A stretch of 64,000 nt of DNA from Parcubacteria group bacterium GW2011_GWA2_40_143 (GCA_000996035.1 LBYH01000001.1:21676-85675), one strand, 5' to 3'; counted from the stretch's first letter, positions 36,622 to 47,491 are shown. Numbers and translations are program-made. The notes: generated by a model not told the origin, from the sequence alone.

Positions 36622-37707
36622 CTACTCTCCCGCCAACTGACCGCAAGCGGCAAGAATATCTTCCCCGAAAGAAACACGCTGAGTTACGGATACGCCAAGC
36701 TTTTTAAGCGTGTCAAAAAAAACGTCTCGCTTAGCCTTGAGCGATGGTTTATATGTTCCGCCAGTATCATGATATTTAATGAGATTTACATGATACAGAT
36801 GCCCTTTCATTAGCTTGGCAAGTTCATACGCGTCTTCTCTGCTGTCATTTACCCCATCTATAAGCAGATACTCAAACATTACTTTTCGGTTTGTTTTTTT
36901 AATGTAATTATCTATGGCGGTCATAAGAGCGGCGATCGGATAAACTTTATTTATAGGCATAAGTTTTGTTCTTATTTCGTCATTGGCGCCGTGCAGAGAA
37001 ACAGCGAGATTTATTTGCAATTTTTCTTCCGCAAATTTCTTTATGGCCGGCGTTATGCCGCAAGTGGAAATTGAGATATGCCTTATGCCAAGATTAAAGC
37101 CGTCTTTGTCGTTTAATATTCTTGCAGCTTCCATTACATTATCGTAATTTAAAAATGGCTCGCCCATGCCCATAAAGACAATGTTGTCTATGGCATTGCG
37201 ACCATCAATGCGACCATCAAGGGGAGTCCTTGATATCAAGGACTCCCCTTGATGGTTTTCAGACTTCAAATACCGCGCAAAAAATAAAACTTGTTCAACA
37301 ATCTCCTCGCTTGCAAGATTGCGTTTATAGCCTGCCTTGCCGGTGGCGCAAAAACCGCAAGCCATGGCGCAACCGGCCTGAGAAGATATACATACGGTAT
37401 TGCGGCCGACCACTTGTTCTGAGCCGGTCGCAAGATGCTTCATCAGCACGGTTTCTATTTTTAAGCCGTCACTCGTCTCAAACACCACTTTCACGGAATC
37501 ACCTTTTTTTGATTCAAGAGTTTTTATGTTTTTAAGACACGAAAAAGCAAATTTTTCATCCAGACTGTCGCGCAAATCTTTCGGCAAAAATTTTATATCT
37601 TGCCAGCTCGTTGCCAAATCCACAAACACCGCCTTCTTAATTTCTTTAAGACGATAAGGTTTGTGGCCATTTTCAGCCAAAAAATTTTCTATGTCTTTAA
37701 TATTCAT
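36622..37707 (-). CDS. rlmN: Radical-SAM 23S rRNA/tRNA adenine-C2 methyltransferase RlmN, carrying an in-frame REP-derived insertion
   Basis: CAMACGFCATG (Cx3Cx2C), GMGEPFLNYDNV, C-terminal CGQLAG. The segment HQGESLISRTPLDGRIDGRNA is encoded by two abutting palindromic repeat units at 37213-37256. Confidence 0.9.
   Translation of the reverse strand: MNIKDIENFLAENGHKPYRLKEIKKAVFVDLATSWQDIKFLPKDLRDSLDEKFAFSCLKNIKTLESKKGDSVKVVFETSDGLKIETVLMKHLATGSEQVVGRNTVCISSQAGCAMACGFCATGKAGYKRNLASEEIVEQVLFFARYLKSENHQGESLISRTPLDGRIDGRNAIDNIVFMGMGEPFLNYDNVMEAARILNDKDGFNLGIRHISISTCGITPAIKKFAEEKLQINLAVSLHGANDEIRTKLMPINKVYPIAALMTAIDNYIKKTNRKVMFEYLLIDGVNDSREDAYELAKLMKGHLYHVNLIKYHDTGGTYKPSLKAKRDVFFDTLKKLGVSVTQRVSFGEDILAACGQLAGE
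37213..37256. repeat. REP-like copy 1: two abutting, oppositely oriented units (CCATCAAGGGGAGTCCTTGAT + ATCAAGGACTCCCCTTGATGG) inside the rlmN coding sequence, in frame
   Basis: Same 21-bp core as the 51-54 kb cluster. The ORF stays continuous across it. Confidence 0.8.
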
Positions 37708-37740
37708 TTGATATGATATTCTTTGAATTACGAAATAATA

Positions 37741-38571
37741 TCATTTGCTTAAATATGCAAGATTCTCAAACAAAACCGCCACGGTTACAGGTCCCACGCC
37801 GCCGGGCACCGGGGTAAAAAAATAAGCTTTTTCTTCCACTCCCGGCGCCATATCGCCGGCCAGTTTGCCGCCTTGCTCAGAAGTACCAGCATCTACGATA
37901 GTTACCCCTTCTTTTACCATATCAGAAGTGATGATACCCGGCGCGCCGACACCGGAAATTATAATATCCGCGGCGATTGTCTTCTCTTTGGGGTTTATCG
38001 TTTGCTTGTCTATAACAACGGTCTTGACGCCAATATTCTCAAACCAAGTCGCAACCGGTTTGCCCACCAGAGAACCTCGGCCGAAAATTACTATATTTTT
38101 CAAAGCCAAATCTTTAGCGTTTAAACCAATCTTCTCTAAAATAACTTTTACCGCGCCTGTTACCGGCGGCAAAATAACACTATTACCTTCCTTAAAATTT
38201 TTCTGAGAAAAAGAAGACAACATGTCTATATCTTTTTCCGACGAAATATTATCTAAAATTTCTTTCTGAGCTTGGCGCAGACTCTCCGGCAGCGGCAACT
38301 GAACAATTACTCCGGAAATATTTTTATCGGCGCAAATTGTTTTTATTTTAGTTTTAAGATCTTCTTTACTTATGCTCTCCGGCAATTTAATGACGTCGGT
38401 TTCCACGCCTATCTCCTCGGCAAATTTTTTCTTCATCTTTATAAATCTCTCAGACACATCATTCTTGCCAACTTGAACAACGGCAAGACAAAGCCTCTTG
38501 CCTGATTGAGAAACTTTTTCTTTAAGCGTTTGTTTTATTTCTTCCGCTATTTTTTTTCCGTCTATTATCAT
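37741..38571 (-). CDS. folD: Bifunctional methylenetetrahydrofolate dehydrogenase/cyclohydrolase FolD
   Basis: MIIDGKKIAEEIK…, GRGSLVGKPVA, PGGVGPVTVAVL. Confidence 0.9.
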   Translation of the reverse strand: MIIDGKKIAEEIKQTLKEKVSQSGKRLCLAVVQVGKNDVSERFIKMKKKFAEEIGVETDVIKLPESISKEDLKTKIKTICADKNISGVIVQLPLPESLRQAQKEILDNISSEKDIDMLSSFSQKNFKEGNSVILPPVTGAVKVILEKIGLNAKDLALKNIVIFGRGSLVGKPVATWFENIGVKTVVIDKQTINPKEKTIAADIIISGVGAPGIITSDMVKEGVTIVDAGTSEQGGKLAGDMAPGVEEKAYFFTPVPGGVGPVTVAVLFENLAYLSK

Positions 38572-38580
38572 GTTTAAAAT

Positions 38581-39717
38581 TTAATCAAACTTAGATTCCA
38601 AATATTCCGCCTCTATTTCTTCCGAACGAGCATGCCTTGAGTATCTTCTCATGCCCATTAAAATTCCGAGACTCATATACACCGTGGCCATGTGCGAACC
38701 TCCATAACTTAAAAACGGCAAAGTAGTACCCGTAATCGGCAGAAGGCCTATATTCATACCTATATGCACGAAGAAATGAGCGGCCAAAAAAGAAGCTACG
38801 CCGATCCCAAAAAGAGTTTCAAAATTGCTTTGCCCAAGATAAGCGTTTTTAAGCACTCGCCACACTACAATAGCATAAAAGATAAAAACAAACATAGCGC
38901 CGACAAAACCCCATTCTTCCACGAAAGCGGCAAAGATAAAGTCGGTTTGATGTTCCGGAAGAAACTCAAGCCTGCTCTGGCTGCCAAAGCCTATGCCTTT
39001 GCCAAACATTCCGCCGGAACCAACGGCAATGGTGGACTGAAGCGCGTTATAACCGGCGCCGCGCGCATCTCTCGCCGGATTTAAAAAGGTAAGAATACGA
39101 TCTTTTTGGTATGGCTCAAAAGCAAAAAACCAAGAAATGCTCAGGAGGGTGGTTAAAATAAGAACAATGGCAATGAGGTGTCTCTTGCTTATGCCAGCCA
39201 CCATAATCATAGCCAGCCAGATGAGAAAAAGTATTATGGCCGAGCCAAAATCCGGTTGCAGAAAAACCAAAAAAGTTGGTATGCCGACATAAAGACCCGG
39301 GATTATAATATGCCTGATGTTGGCTATCTCTATATGCCGACGAGAAAAATATTTTGCCAATATGAAAATTATGAGTATTTTGAGCGGATCTACCGGCTCT
39401 ATGGAAAAGAGCCCCAGATCAAACCAGCTGGCCGCTCCCTTTGTAACCTTGCCGGTCACCAGTAAAATCATCAAAAAGAAATTGGCCACCAAGAACAAGA
39501 CAACTAAAACTTCCGTTTTTTTAAAAATACGCCAATCCACAAAACTGAAAGAAAAAAACAGGAACATGCTGAAAATTATCCAGTAAACCTGTCTGGTAAA
39601 ATAATAATCCGATTCCAGCCCGAAAGACCTCATGCTTATAAGCCCTGCCGCCAGAAGAGGCAAAGTGGCAATAAACAGAACCCAGTCTATGCTGGCATTT
39701 TTATATATCGCTCTCAT
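38581..39717 (-). CDS. SEDS-family peptidoglycan glycosyltransferase (RodA/FtsW)
   Basis: 378 aa, 10 transmembrane helices, conserved SEDS blocks (…NPARDARGAGYNALQS…FIFAAFVEEWGF…PFLSYGGSHM…). Confidence 0.85.
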   Translation of the reverse strand: MRAIYKNASIDWVLFIATLPLLAAGLISMRSFGLESDYYFTRQVYWIIFSMFLFFSFSFVDWRIFKKTEVLVVLFLVANFFLMILLVTGKVTKGAASWFDLGLFSIEPVDPLKILIIFILAKYFSRRHIEIANIRHIIIPGLYVGIPTFLVFLQPDFGSAIILFLIWLAMIMVAGISKRHLIAIVLILTTLLSISWFFAFEPYQKDRILTFLNPARDARGAGYNALQSTIAVGSGGMFGKGIGFGSQSRLEFLPEHQTDFIFAAFVEEWGFVGAMFVFIFYAIVVWRVLKNAYLGQSNFETLFGIGVASFLAAHFFVHIGMNIGLLPITGTTLPFLSYGGSHMATVYMSLGILMGMRRYSRHARSEEIEAEYLESKFD

Positions 39718-39725
39718 GATATTTT

Positions 39726-40508
39726 TTACGGATTAAAGCTGGATGGTTCAATAGAAATGATTAACTCCACCGAATCCACGTCGTCTTCAAAATCGTACGG
39801 CCATGTAAAGTATACGTCACTGCTGTTGCCCGCTTCAAGAACTTCCAAACGGGTGGCGCTGACCGCGATGGCGTTACCATTAAAATTATAAATAATAGCC
39901 GTCGCCCAAACACCCTTGGCATCTTGGATGGATTTATTCGCGAGAGTGGCTGAAAGTTTTGGAAACCGGTCATCATTATATTCTTTATTGGTTACTATGA
40001 TACTTAACTTGTCATCTCTATTGATATCCCATTTTATATCCTTCTCAAATTCAATAAAAGCTTTGATTGGCTCTCTTCTGCCCGTATCTATATTGCTCTC
40101 AAAGATGGCAAATTTCTGTCCGGGCGGAGCAAAAGTTTGTCCGCTTTTTACCGCCACGAGCACATTATTTTTATCATACAGCTTGAATTGATATTTAATT
40201 GCTTCGGACACAAGAGAAAGATTCCTGTTTTCAACCATGGCAACAACATCGTAATTACCATTTTCCACCTTAAGCGGTCTCACCCATATTGAAACAAGAT
40301 CTTTTATGTCCCCCAGACACATTTTAGAACAAGAACCGCCACAATCTACACCTTCTTCATTTTGATTTTGTTTATCGTCATCGCAAGTCGGCGCGGTGAT
40401 TTTGATAGCAAACAATCCGCCGATACCGGCGATAATAAGAAAAAATATCAAAAAGTAAAATAATTGTCTTTTTGCCGCCCAATTCATGAACATATTATAG
40501 CACAACAA
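39726..40508 (-). CDS. Hypothetical membrane-anchored protein (N-terminal transmembrane helix, Cys-rich CDDDKQNQNEEGVDCGGSCSKMC segment)
   Basis: ORF with a plausible signal/anchor. No family recognised. Confidence 0.5.
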   Translation of the reverse strand: MLCYNMFMNWAAKRQLFYFLIFFLIIAGIGGLFAIKITAPTCDDDKQNQNEEGVDCGGSCSKMCLGDIKDLVSIWVRPLKVENGNYDVVAMVENRNLSLVSEAIKYQFKLYDKNNVLVAVKSGQTFAPPGQKFAIFESNIDTGRREPIKAFIEFEKDIKWDINRDDKLSIIVTNKEYNDDRFPKLSATLANKSIQDAKGVWATAIIYNFNGNAIAVSATRLEVLEAGNSSDVYFTWPYDFEDDVDSVELIISIEPSSFNP

Positions 40509-40509
40509 A

Positions 40510-40545
40510 AGCGGACGCCGAAACGCCCGCTTTTGTGCTTTGAAC
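40510..40545 (-). terminator. Imperfect GC-rich hairpin with a T-tract downstream of the 5S gene. Probable rRNA operon terminator.
   Basis: Minus-strand reading AAGCACAAAAGCGGGCGTTTCGGCGTCCGCTTTTGTTGTGCT. Confidence 0.4.
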
Positions 40546-40559
40546 GATTAAATACTTTG

Positions 40560-40666
40560 TACCGGCGACTGCCTACTTTCCCCAAAAGAGTATCATCGGC
40601 ACTACGGCGTTTTACTTCTGTGTTCGGAATGGGAACAGGTAGTTCCACCGCGTCAAGTCACCAGAA
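40560..40666 (-). rRNA. rrf: 5S ribosomal RNA
   Basis: The reverse complement contains CCCATTCCGAACACAGAAGTAAAACGCCGTAGTGCCGATG (5S loop B/C consensus). Helix I CUGGUGAC/GUCGCCGG. Flanked by an 11-bp inverted repeat (AAATACTTTGT / ACAAAGTATTT) suggestive of a processing stem. Confidence 0.8.
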
Positions 40667-40863
40667 CAAAGTATTTAATCGCTAAATCAATATTCAAACA
40701 AGGATTTTAAGTATTTTAAATTTCAAAACAAATAAGTGGCTGAAATTTACAAAGTTCCTAATAGGACGACAATTAGTACTTCTCGGCTTAATCCGTTGCC
40801 GGACTTACACCTAAAGCCTATCAAGGTTGTCATCTTCAACCTGTCTTAGATTCCTAATCTTGG

Positions 40864-40905
<42 letters not shown>

Positions 40906-41031
40906 CAACATAGCTACCCAGCAATGCTCCTGGCGGAACAACTGGTACACCAGAGGTTAGTCCACTCTGATCCTCTCGTACAAAGAGCAGATCTCCTCAA
41001 GAATCAAACGCCTGCAGCAGATAGGAGACCA

Positions 41032-41066
<35 letters not shown>

Positions 41067-41136
41067 TCTTTTTAATTGGCGAACAGCCAAACCCTTGGGA
41101 CCTTCTCCAGCCCCAGGATAAGATGAGCCGACATCG

Positions 41137-41967
41137 TATATTTCTCCATTATTACTAATGGTATGGACTATATCTTCTTCCTTCTGCGATAATCACTCGC
41201 AGTTAGGAGTTGGCGTATTAGCGTTTCTCATTTGAAACACTCTCAGCTTGCGCTTCAGTCTCTACGGGGTCATAACTAACTTATATTTCATTGATGGCGC
41301 AACAAAAGGTTTAATAATATCCATAAAACCTTTTATGCTTTCCTTCAAGATTCTAATACGATGATATTTCTTATCTCTATTAAGACGAGCATTTATGCCC
41401 AATTTTCTTAAGCAATTCAATAAAATCTTTTGATCGTTTAAACTGAATTGTTGAGTATTAAGATAGATATCGCCATCTCTACATTTACTCCCATCATCCA
41501 TATACCAAATGGCTATGGAAATAGGATCAATGTCAATGTCTTTTGGTATTATTTTGCGTCCGTTTTTATAAAACATATAATAAAGATTAGTTAAATCTTT
41601 ATGTTGTTTAGTAAAAAACCTACACGCACGACGATTATCACCAGACACTCTTTCCTTTGGTGCAGATTCACAAATTCTTTTTAATTTTTTGAATTTGTAA
41701 TCAACATAATCTTTCGCTTTTATAGAATGATTTATTTCTAAAAAAGCGTCTGATCTGCCGGGCATGATTCTCACGTACCCGTCTCCCAAGAGAGATCCGA
41801 TTATAATCGATCGTTCAAGTTTAGTTAGACTTCCCACGGTATTGTCCATGATTATATTATATCATGGAGTTCACCGTTATAAGCCAAATATTTTAATCAA
41901 AACATATTCTCCTAAATATGCTTTAACCCAGACTGCGCGATCTCTCGCGCCGCACCCCGATATGTTA
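41137..41967 (-). mobile_element. Group I intron in 23S rRNA domain V (insertion near E. coli position about 2585-2593), encoding a homing endonuclease. Boundaries are good to about 10 nt.
   Basis: The exon sequence …GGCGGAGTTCGGCACCT is followed by non-rRNA sequence. The rRNA resumes at CGATGTCGGCTCATC, and these two exon ends are contiguous in E. coli 23S. The element carries a LAGLIDADG ORF. Confidence 0.75.
41262..41849 (-). CDS. LAGLIDADG homing endonuclease (double-motif), intron-encoded
   Basis: 195 aa. IIGSLLGDGYV and AIWYMDDGS motifs. Same orientation as the 23S rRNA. Confidence 0.85.
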   Translation of the reverse strand: MDNTVGSLTKLERSIIIGSLLGDGYVRIMPGRSDAFLEINHSIKAKDYVDYKFKKLKRICESAPKERVSGDNRRACRFFTKQHKDLTNLYYMFYKNGRKIIPKDIDIDPISIAIWYMDDGSKCRDGDIYLNTQQFSLNDQKILLNCLRKLGINARLNRDKKYHRIRILKESIKGFMDIIKPFVAPSMKYKLVMTP

Positions 41968-42505
41968 AGGTGCCGAACTCCGCCGTCGCTATGGACGCTT
42001 GGGCGGAACTAGCCTGTTATCCCCGGAGTAGCTTTTATCCGTTAATCTTCCACCGCTTCTAAAGCGAATGGTCGGTTCACTATGTTCTGCTTTCGCATCT
42101 GCTCGACATGTCCGTCTTGCAGTTAAGCCGGCTTTTGCCATTGCGCTATCAGCGCGGTTTCCATCCGCGCCTAGCCGACCTTTAAACTCCTCCGTTACTT
42201 TTTAGGAGGAAATCGCCCCAATTAAACTACCCACCAGGCACTGTCTCCTTGCGTTTTTGCCGCAAAGGTTAGAATTTAGCTTTTTAAAGAACGGTATTTC
42301 ACTGGCGGCTCCATGTCACCCAAAAGCGACACTTCAAAGCCTCCCGTCTATGCTACGCATTAAAAATCTAAACCCAATACCAAGCTATAGTAAAGCTTCC
42401 GGGGTCTTTTCGTCTAGCTGCAGGTAACCGGCATCTTCACCGGTATTGTATTTTCACCGGGCTACTTCCCGAGACAGTTCTCCAGTCGTTACACCATTCG
42501 TGCGC

Positions 42506-42571
<66 letters not shown>

Positions 42572-44000
42572 AGGGCTTATACAGTCCAGCTTCCGCCTTG
42601 CGGCGAAAACCCTCCGTATTTGACCTTCTCGCATTGGTCAGGTGTCACCCCCTATACATCCTCTTACGAGTTCGCAGGGAGCTGTGTTTTTGATAAACAG
42701 TCGCCAGAGAAACTTTCGCTGCGGCCCGCCTTGCGGCGGGCAGACCTTATCCCGAAGTTACGGTCGCTTTTTTGCCGAGTTCCTTGGGAAGAACTCACCC
42801 GTTCGCCTTGGTCTTCTCGACCTATCCACCTGTGTCGGTTTTCGGTACGGTTTCCGTATTTCTTTCCCCGCTAAAGCGGGGCTTAGAAGCTTTTCTTGGA
42901 AGACTGCTTTGCTAAATTTATTCCGCTATAAACGGAATATTTCATTTGCGCTTGGAATTTCCCTTGCGGGCGCGGGCGGATTTTCCTGCCTGCGTTCCTT
43001 ACGCCAATAACGCAAATCCAGTAATGCGCCTAGCATACTAATCTTCGTCACTCCATTAAAAATACGGAAGTCACGGAATATTAACCGTGTGTCCATCGGC
43101 TGCGGCTTTCGCCATTGCCTTAGGCCCGACTAACCCTTGGTTGATCGTCATTGCCAAGGAAACCTTGGATTTTCGGCGTCAGCCGTTTTCAGGCTGATTG
43201 TGGTTACTTGTGCCAACATTCTTACTTCGCAACGCTCCACCGTGCCTCACGACACAGCTTCACAGCAGATGCGAACACTCTCCTACCATGTTCCGCTAAA
43301 AGCGGAACATCCTCACCTTCGGTACTCTACTTAGCCCCGATTATTTGCGGTGCAAGATCTCTTAACGAGTGAGCTGTTACGCATTCTTTAAAAGATGGCT
43401 GCTTCTAAGCCAACTTCCTCGTTGTCTGAGAAATTTCACCTCCTTAAGTGCACTTAGTAGAAATTTAGGGACCTTAGATTGAGATCTGGGCTCTTTCCCT
43501 TTTGACTAGTGAAGCTTAGCCCTCACAGTCTAACTGTCTGCCAATTACTTCCGGTATTCGGAGTTTGATAGGATTGACGAGGTTTCCCCCTGTTCAATCC
43601 TTCCAGTGCTCTACCCCCGGAAGGTAAGACAAACGCTAGCCCTAAAGCTATTTCGGAGAGAACCAGCTATTACCAGGTTCGATGAGCTTTTCACTCCATA
43701 CCACAGGTCATCCGATAGTTTTGCACGGCTAACCGGTTCGGACCTCCTCCCGCATTTCTGCGGAATTCATCCTGCCCATGGCAAGTTCACCTGGCTTCGG
43801 GTCTAATTTGTAATACTTTTGATCGCCCTTTTAAGACTCGCTTTCGCTGTGTCTCCGTCCTCTCGGACTTAGACAGCAACACAAATTAACTCGTTGGCTC
43901 ATTCTTCAATAGGCACGCCGTCGTCCACGACTTGCGTCGAGACTTCGACTCCTTGTAGACATATGGTTTCAGGTTCTATTTCAACGCCCTCATCGGGCTA

Positions 44001-44037
<37 letters not shown>

Positions 44038-44660
44038 ATCTTAAAGAGTATTTAGCCTTGCCGGTTAGTTCCGGCAGATTCCTCCGAGCCATTCGTGTCT
44101 CGAAGTACTTAAGAATAATAACTGAAAGTATAATCATGTTTTCGTTTACAGGGCTATTACCTTCTTTGGCTCCGCTTTCCAACGGATTCAGCTAACAAGA
44201 TTAAAACTCACTTAGAATTGCTTCATTCGCTATTACCTTGCAACCCCTTACTTAATAAAAAGTAAGGTTTAGGCTATTCCCATTTCGCTCGCCGCTACTC
44301 AGGGAATCACATTGTTTTCTTTTCCTCCCGGTACTGAGATGTTTCACTTCCCGGGGTTTCCTTCCCGCCAAAGGCGGGATAACACCGATTTACGGTGTTG
44401 GGTTTCCCCATTCGGAGATCTCCGGATCAAAGGCCGCTCAGCGCCTCCCCGAAGCTTATCGTAGCTAAGCCACGTCCTTCATCGTCTCTTTAAGTCTAGG
44501 CATCCACCATACGCCCTTATTCCTATTAGGAAATTTATAAACTTCCTTTCTAGATTCACTCGTAACCACTTTTTTGTTTTGGTTTAAATACAAATTACCT
44601 ACATTTTGCTTGATTGAATATTGATTTTTCAAAATGCAGTCTTTCCGAAAAATTCCAAAT

Positions 44661-44686
44661 AAAAAGCCGCCTCTGAGGCGGTTTTA
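44661..44686 (-). terminator. Intrinsic terminator (stem CCGCCTC/GAGGCGG, T-tract) after the 44854..45537 gene and before the rRNA operon
   Basis: Minus-strand reading AAAACCGCCTCAGAGGCGGCTTTTTATTTGG. Confidence 0.5.
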
Positions 44687-44853
44687 GCCAAAACAATAAA
44701 TTGCCAGGGCTAATATTTCCGCTTCATTTTTTTGCTTTTTATTTTTCTATACATCAATATTTAAGAGTATATATGATGGAGAAAATAAGTCAAGCAAAAA
44801 GACCCCGACTAAAAGGAAGGGGTCTTTTTGAGTTTTTCCTTTATTTTAAAAGC

Positions 44854-45537
44854 TTACTCCGCTATGTCCTTCTTGAGCTTTTCTATGTATTTCGCGGCCG
44901 CGTCTTTACCTCCCAAACCGAAGGCCAAACCGCCGGCAATGGCAACCATGGCCACAAAGCCGGTAAAAAGAGTCTGCGCGAAAGCTCCAGCGATACCAAG
45001 CTGGAAAAGAGCCGCCAAGATGGCGAAGATCCATATCGCCCATTTGGTAAGCCCACCCAAAATATTTACCGAAGGCACTCCGGCTGCTCTGGCTGAACCT
45101 GTTACAAGCTTCTGCATGGCGCCAGCCAAAAAAGCGGCAACCACCAAAATGATTGCGGCGATTATCACGTTAGGCAAATAGCCAAGCACTACGTCTCTTA
45201 AAAAATTGTTTACGTCACTCAAGCCAAGAATATCTATGGAAGCGACCAAGAAAACGATAATGAGAAACCACTTTATGAGTCCGCCGATAAACGCTCCGGC
45301 ATTTAAGCTGAAGCCGGCCTTGTTCATCATCTCATCAACACCAACAGTTTGAAGAGCTTTATCAACCTTAAGAGCATCCACCACTTTCGCGACAAACTTT
45401 CCTACAATGGAAGATATTATCGCGCCGACTATAAACACGATTAAAGCGATAATAAAAACAGGCGCGAAAGACAAAACGCCGTCAGATAGACTTTGGAAAG
45501 ATTCCGTAAGAACCCCCGTCCAAATTTCTGTTGTCAT
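44854..45537 (-). CDS. Polytopic membrane protein with repeated conserved transmembrane-helix modules (mechanosensitive-channel-associated TM_helix-like)
   Basis: 227 aa. 5-6 hydrophobic helices. Repeated FxxxxIIALIVFIVGxxIS / LIKWFLIIVFLVASIDIL-like segments. Confidence 0.5.
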   Translation of the reverse strand: MTTEIWTGVLTESFQSLSDGVLSFAPVFIIALIVFIVGAIISSIVGKFVAKVVDALKVDKALQTVGVDEMMNKAGFSLNAGAFIGGLIKWFLIIVFLVASIDILGLSDVNNFLRDVVLGYLPNVIIAAIILVVAAFLAGAMQKLVTGSARAAGVPSVNILGGLTKWAIWIFAILAALFQLGIAGAFAQTLFTGFVAMVAIAGGLAFGLGGKDAAAKYIEKLKKDIAE

Positions 45538-45691
45538 AAAATTAAAATTTATTTATTGTTAATAATTTAAAACGACCGTTTTAAAAAGCTAATAAAAAAG
45601 CTTACCTTAAATTATACATCAATTTAAGATTTTTTGACCATAGCACTGTGGATAAGTAAAAAGACGGGTCAACGACCCGTCTTTTTACTTG

Positions 45692-46321
45692 CTATATGCT
45701 AAGTCTGTTTACCACTTTCTCGTGAGGCGATTCCATTATTTCTCTTACGAATTTATCATACATGCCGTAGCGATACATAAAGTCTTTCGTAGAAAAAACA
45801 GCATACACGATTTCCTTGCCCAATTCAGCTTCCACATTTTTAAGCGCTCTGTCCAACTTGCTTTCCTTTATCGCGTCTCCCACCAACAAAAGATCCACGC
45901 TACTGCCTCCTTCGTTGTTGGTAAATATGCCGGACAAAATCATCAGTTTCACCTTGCCGGCCGCGCCAAGATTCTTTATCAGTTTCTCTTTATCAAGAGG
46001 CGCTGAATTTAAAACAAGATTTTTGAGCGGAAAAAGAAATGGAAACAATTGATTTAAAACAAAACCGCTCGTCTCCACTTTTTTTGTTTTAATTTTCCCG
46101 TCTTTTAATTTTAATTCTTCTAAGAACTTTTCTGTCTTGGGCCGCACCAGTCCAATACTTTTTAAAAGAGAAATCTCTCTTCGCGCCGATGCCGCCGGCA
46201 CCTTGGCGCGTTGAGAGATTTCCTTCAAAGAGTACACTGTTTCCGGATTAAGCATAAACAGTCGGATGATCTTTATCCGGGCGGATGATCCAAAAAGTTT
46301 TGATAGTTTATCGTTCATCAC
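45692..46321 (-). CDS. Hypothetical protein with an N-terminal winged-helix/HTH (ArsR-like)
   Basis: ARIKIIRLFMLNPETVYSLKEISQRAKVPAASARREISLLKSIGLV resembles an HTH. The remainder is unassigned. Confidence 0.45.
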   Translation of the reverse strand: MMNDKLSKLFGSSARIKIIRLFMLNPETVYSLKEISQRAKVPAASARREISLLKSIGLVRPKTEKFLEELKLKDGKIKTKKVETSGFVLNQLFPFLFPLKNLVLNSAPLDKEKLIKNLGAAGKVKLMILSGIFTNNEGGSSVDLLLVGDAIKESKLDRALKNVEAELGKEIVYAVFSTKDFMYRYGMYDKFVREIMESPHEKVVNRLSI

Positions 46322-46341
46322 GCGCTATTTTAACATTTTAT

Positions 46342-46752
46342 CTACTTAAGCGCAACTGTTCCTCCGGCAGCTTCAAGCTTGGCTTTAAGTTCCTCCGCTT
46401 CTTTCTTATCCACGCCTTCTTTTACCATAACGGGAGCTTTGTCAGCCATGTCTTTGGCTTCCTTGAGACCCAAACCAAGAGCTTCTCTGAGCACTTTGAT
46501 TATCTGGATTTTCTGATCGCCGGCGCTCTTAAGTTCCACGCTGGCTTTACTTGGTCCAACAGCATCACCGCCTTCAGCATCTCCACCGGCGACAGGAGCC
46601 GCGGCTACGGCCACAGCTTGAGCTGATACGCCGAATTTTTCTTCAAATAATTTTACAAGCTCGGAAAGATCGAGAACACTCATTGTTTCTATTTTCTCAA
46701 CAATGTCCTTGAACTTTGCCGGCACCTCCACAACTTTTTTTTCTTCTGTCAT
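46342..46752 (-). CDS. rplL: 50S ribosomal protein L7/L12
   Basis: …[15 protein letters not shown]…[13 protein letters not shown]…[52 protein letters not shown]. Confidence 0.95.
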   Translation of the reverse strand: MTEEKKVVEVPAKFKDIVEKIETMSVLDLSELVKLFEEKFGVSAQAVAVAAAPVAGGDAEGGDAVGPSKASVELKSAGDQKIQIIKVLREALGLGLKEAKDMADKAPVMVKEGVDKKEAEELKAKLEAAGGTVALK

Positions 46753-46788
46753 ATTTTTATTATTTTTTTTAGTTTTTGATTAATAATT

Positions 46789-47316
46789 TTACGCTACCTG
46801 CTTTTGCTTCGCTATTTCAGACAAAGCCACGGCAAATTTCTTTATCACGCCGTTTAACGTTACCACCATGCCTCTTGTTGGTGAGCTGATCACATTTACA
46901 AATTGGCCAAGCAACACTTCTCTTGAAGGAATATTGGCGAGCATTATCATTTTTTCTTTGCCGATATAACCGCTTTCAAACACGCCGCCGATTATTTTTA
47001 TAGCCTCATTCTTCTTAGCGAATTGCTGCACGGCTTTGGCGGCAACGGTCGGCTCTTCGCTTGAAAAAGCAACGGCTATCTCTCCATCCAAAGAAGGCAT
47101 CTCTCCTTCAAATCCGGCGGCGACAAAAGCTTTCTTGATTAAAGTCTTTTTGGCTACCGTGATTTTGGCGCCGATTTTTCCAAGCATTCTTCTAAGTTCG
47201 CTGGCGGCTGCCACGTTAAGACCATGGAAGTTTATAAACATAACCATGTTGGCTTGTTTTATATTCTCCTCAAGATCTCTCAGTATCACACCCTTTTTTT
47301 GCTTTGTTATTGCCAT
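46789..47316 (-). CDS. rplJ: 50S ribosomal protein L10
   Basis: MAITKQKKGVILRDLEENIKQANMVMFINFHGLNVAAASELRRMLGKIGAKITVAKKTLIKKA…. Confidence 0.95.
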   Translation of the reverse strand: MAITKQKKGVILRDLEENIKQANMVMFINFHGLNVAAASELRRMLGKIGAKITVAKKTLIKKAFVAAGFEGEMPSLDGEIAVAFSSEEPTVAAKAVQQFAKKNEAIKIIGGVFESGYIGKEKMIMLANIPSREVLLGQFVNVISSPTRGMVVTLNGVIKKFAVALSEIAKQKQVA

Positions 47317-47463
47317 TCTTTTACATGCTAATCAAATAAAAAACGACCTTTTATAAAGTCGCAGAATACAAAATCGCCTTAAAGCAATTATTTGTCTCGG
47401 CAGGATTTATTTCGCCAAACGGCGAGAAACCTGCTTTCTACGACCAATATTTAATTACTTATT

Positions 47464-47491
47464 ATTATATACGATTCGCCGAAACTGTCAA
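47464..47491 (-). promoter_or_regulatory. Near-consensus sigma70-type promoter (TTGACA, 16-nt spacer, TATAAT) upstream of rplJ, followed by an approximately 140-nt leader
   Basis: Minus-strand reading TTGACAGTTTCGGCGAATCGTATATAAT. The leader at 47317-47460 is long enough for the L10(L12)4 autoregulatory leader structure. Confidence 0.5.

Noticed and set aside
42620-43806. Several plus-strand ORFs of 65-122 aa (42620..42874, 42642..43010, 43137..43334, 43151..43372, 43606..43806), and 43976..44182 on the minus strand
   Set aside because: They lie entirely inside the 23S rRNA gene, whose identity is clear from conserved domain blocks. They are chance ORFs in structured RNA.
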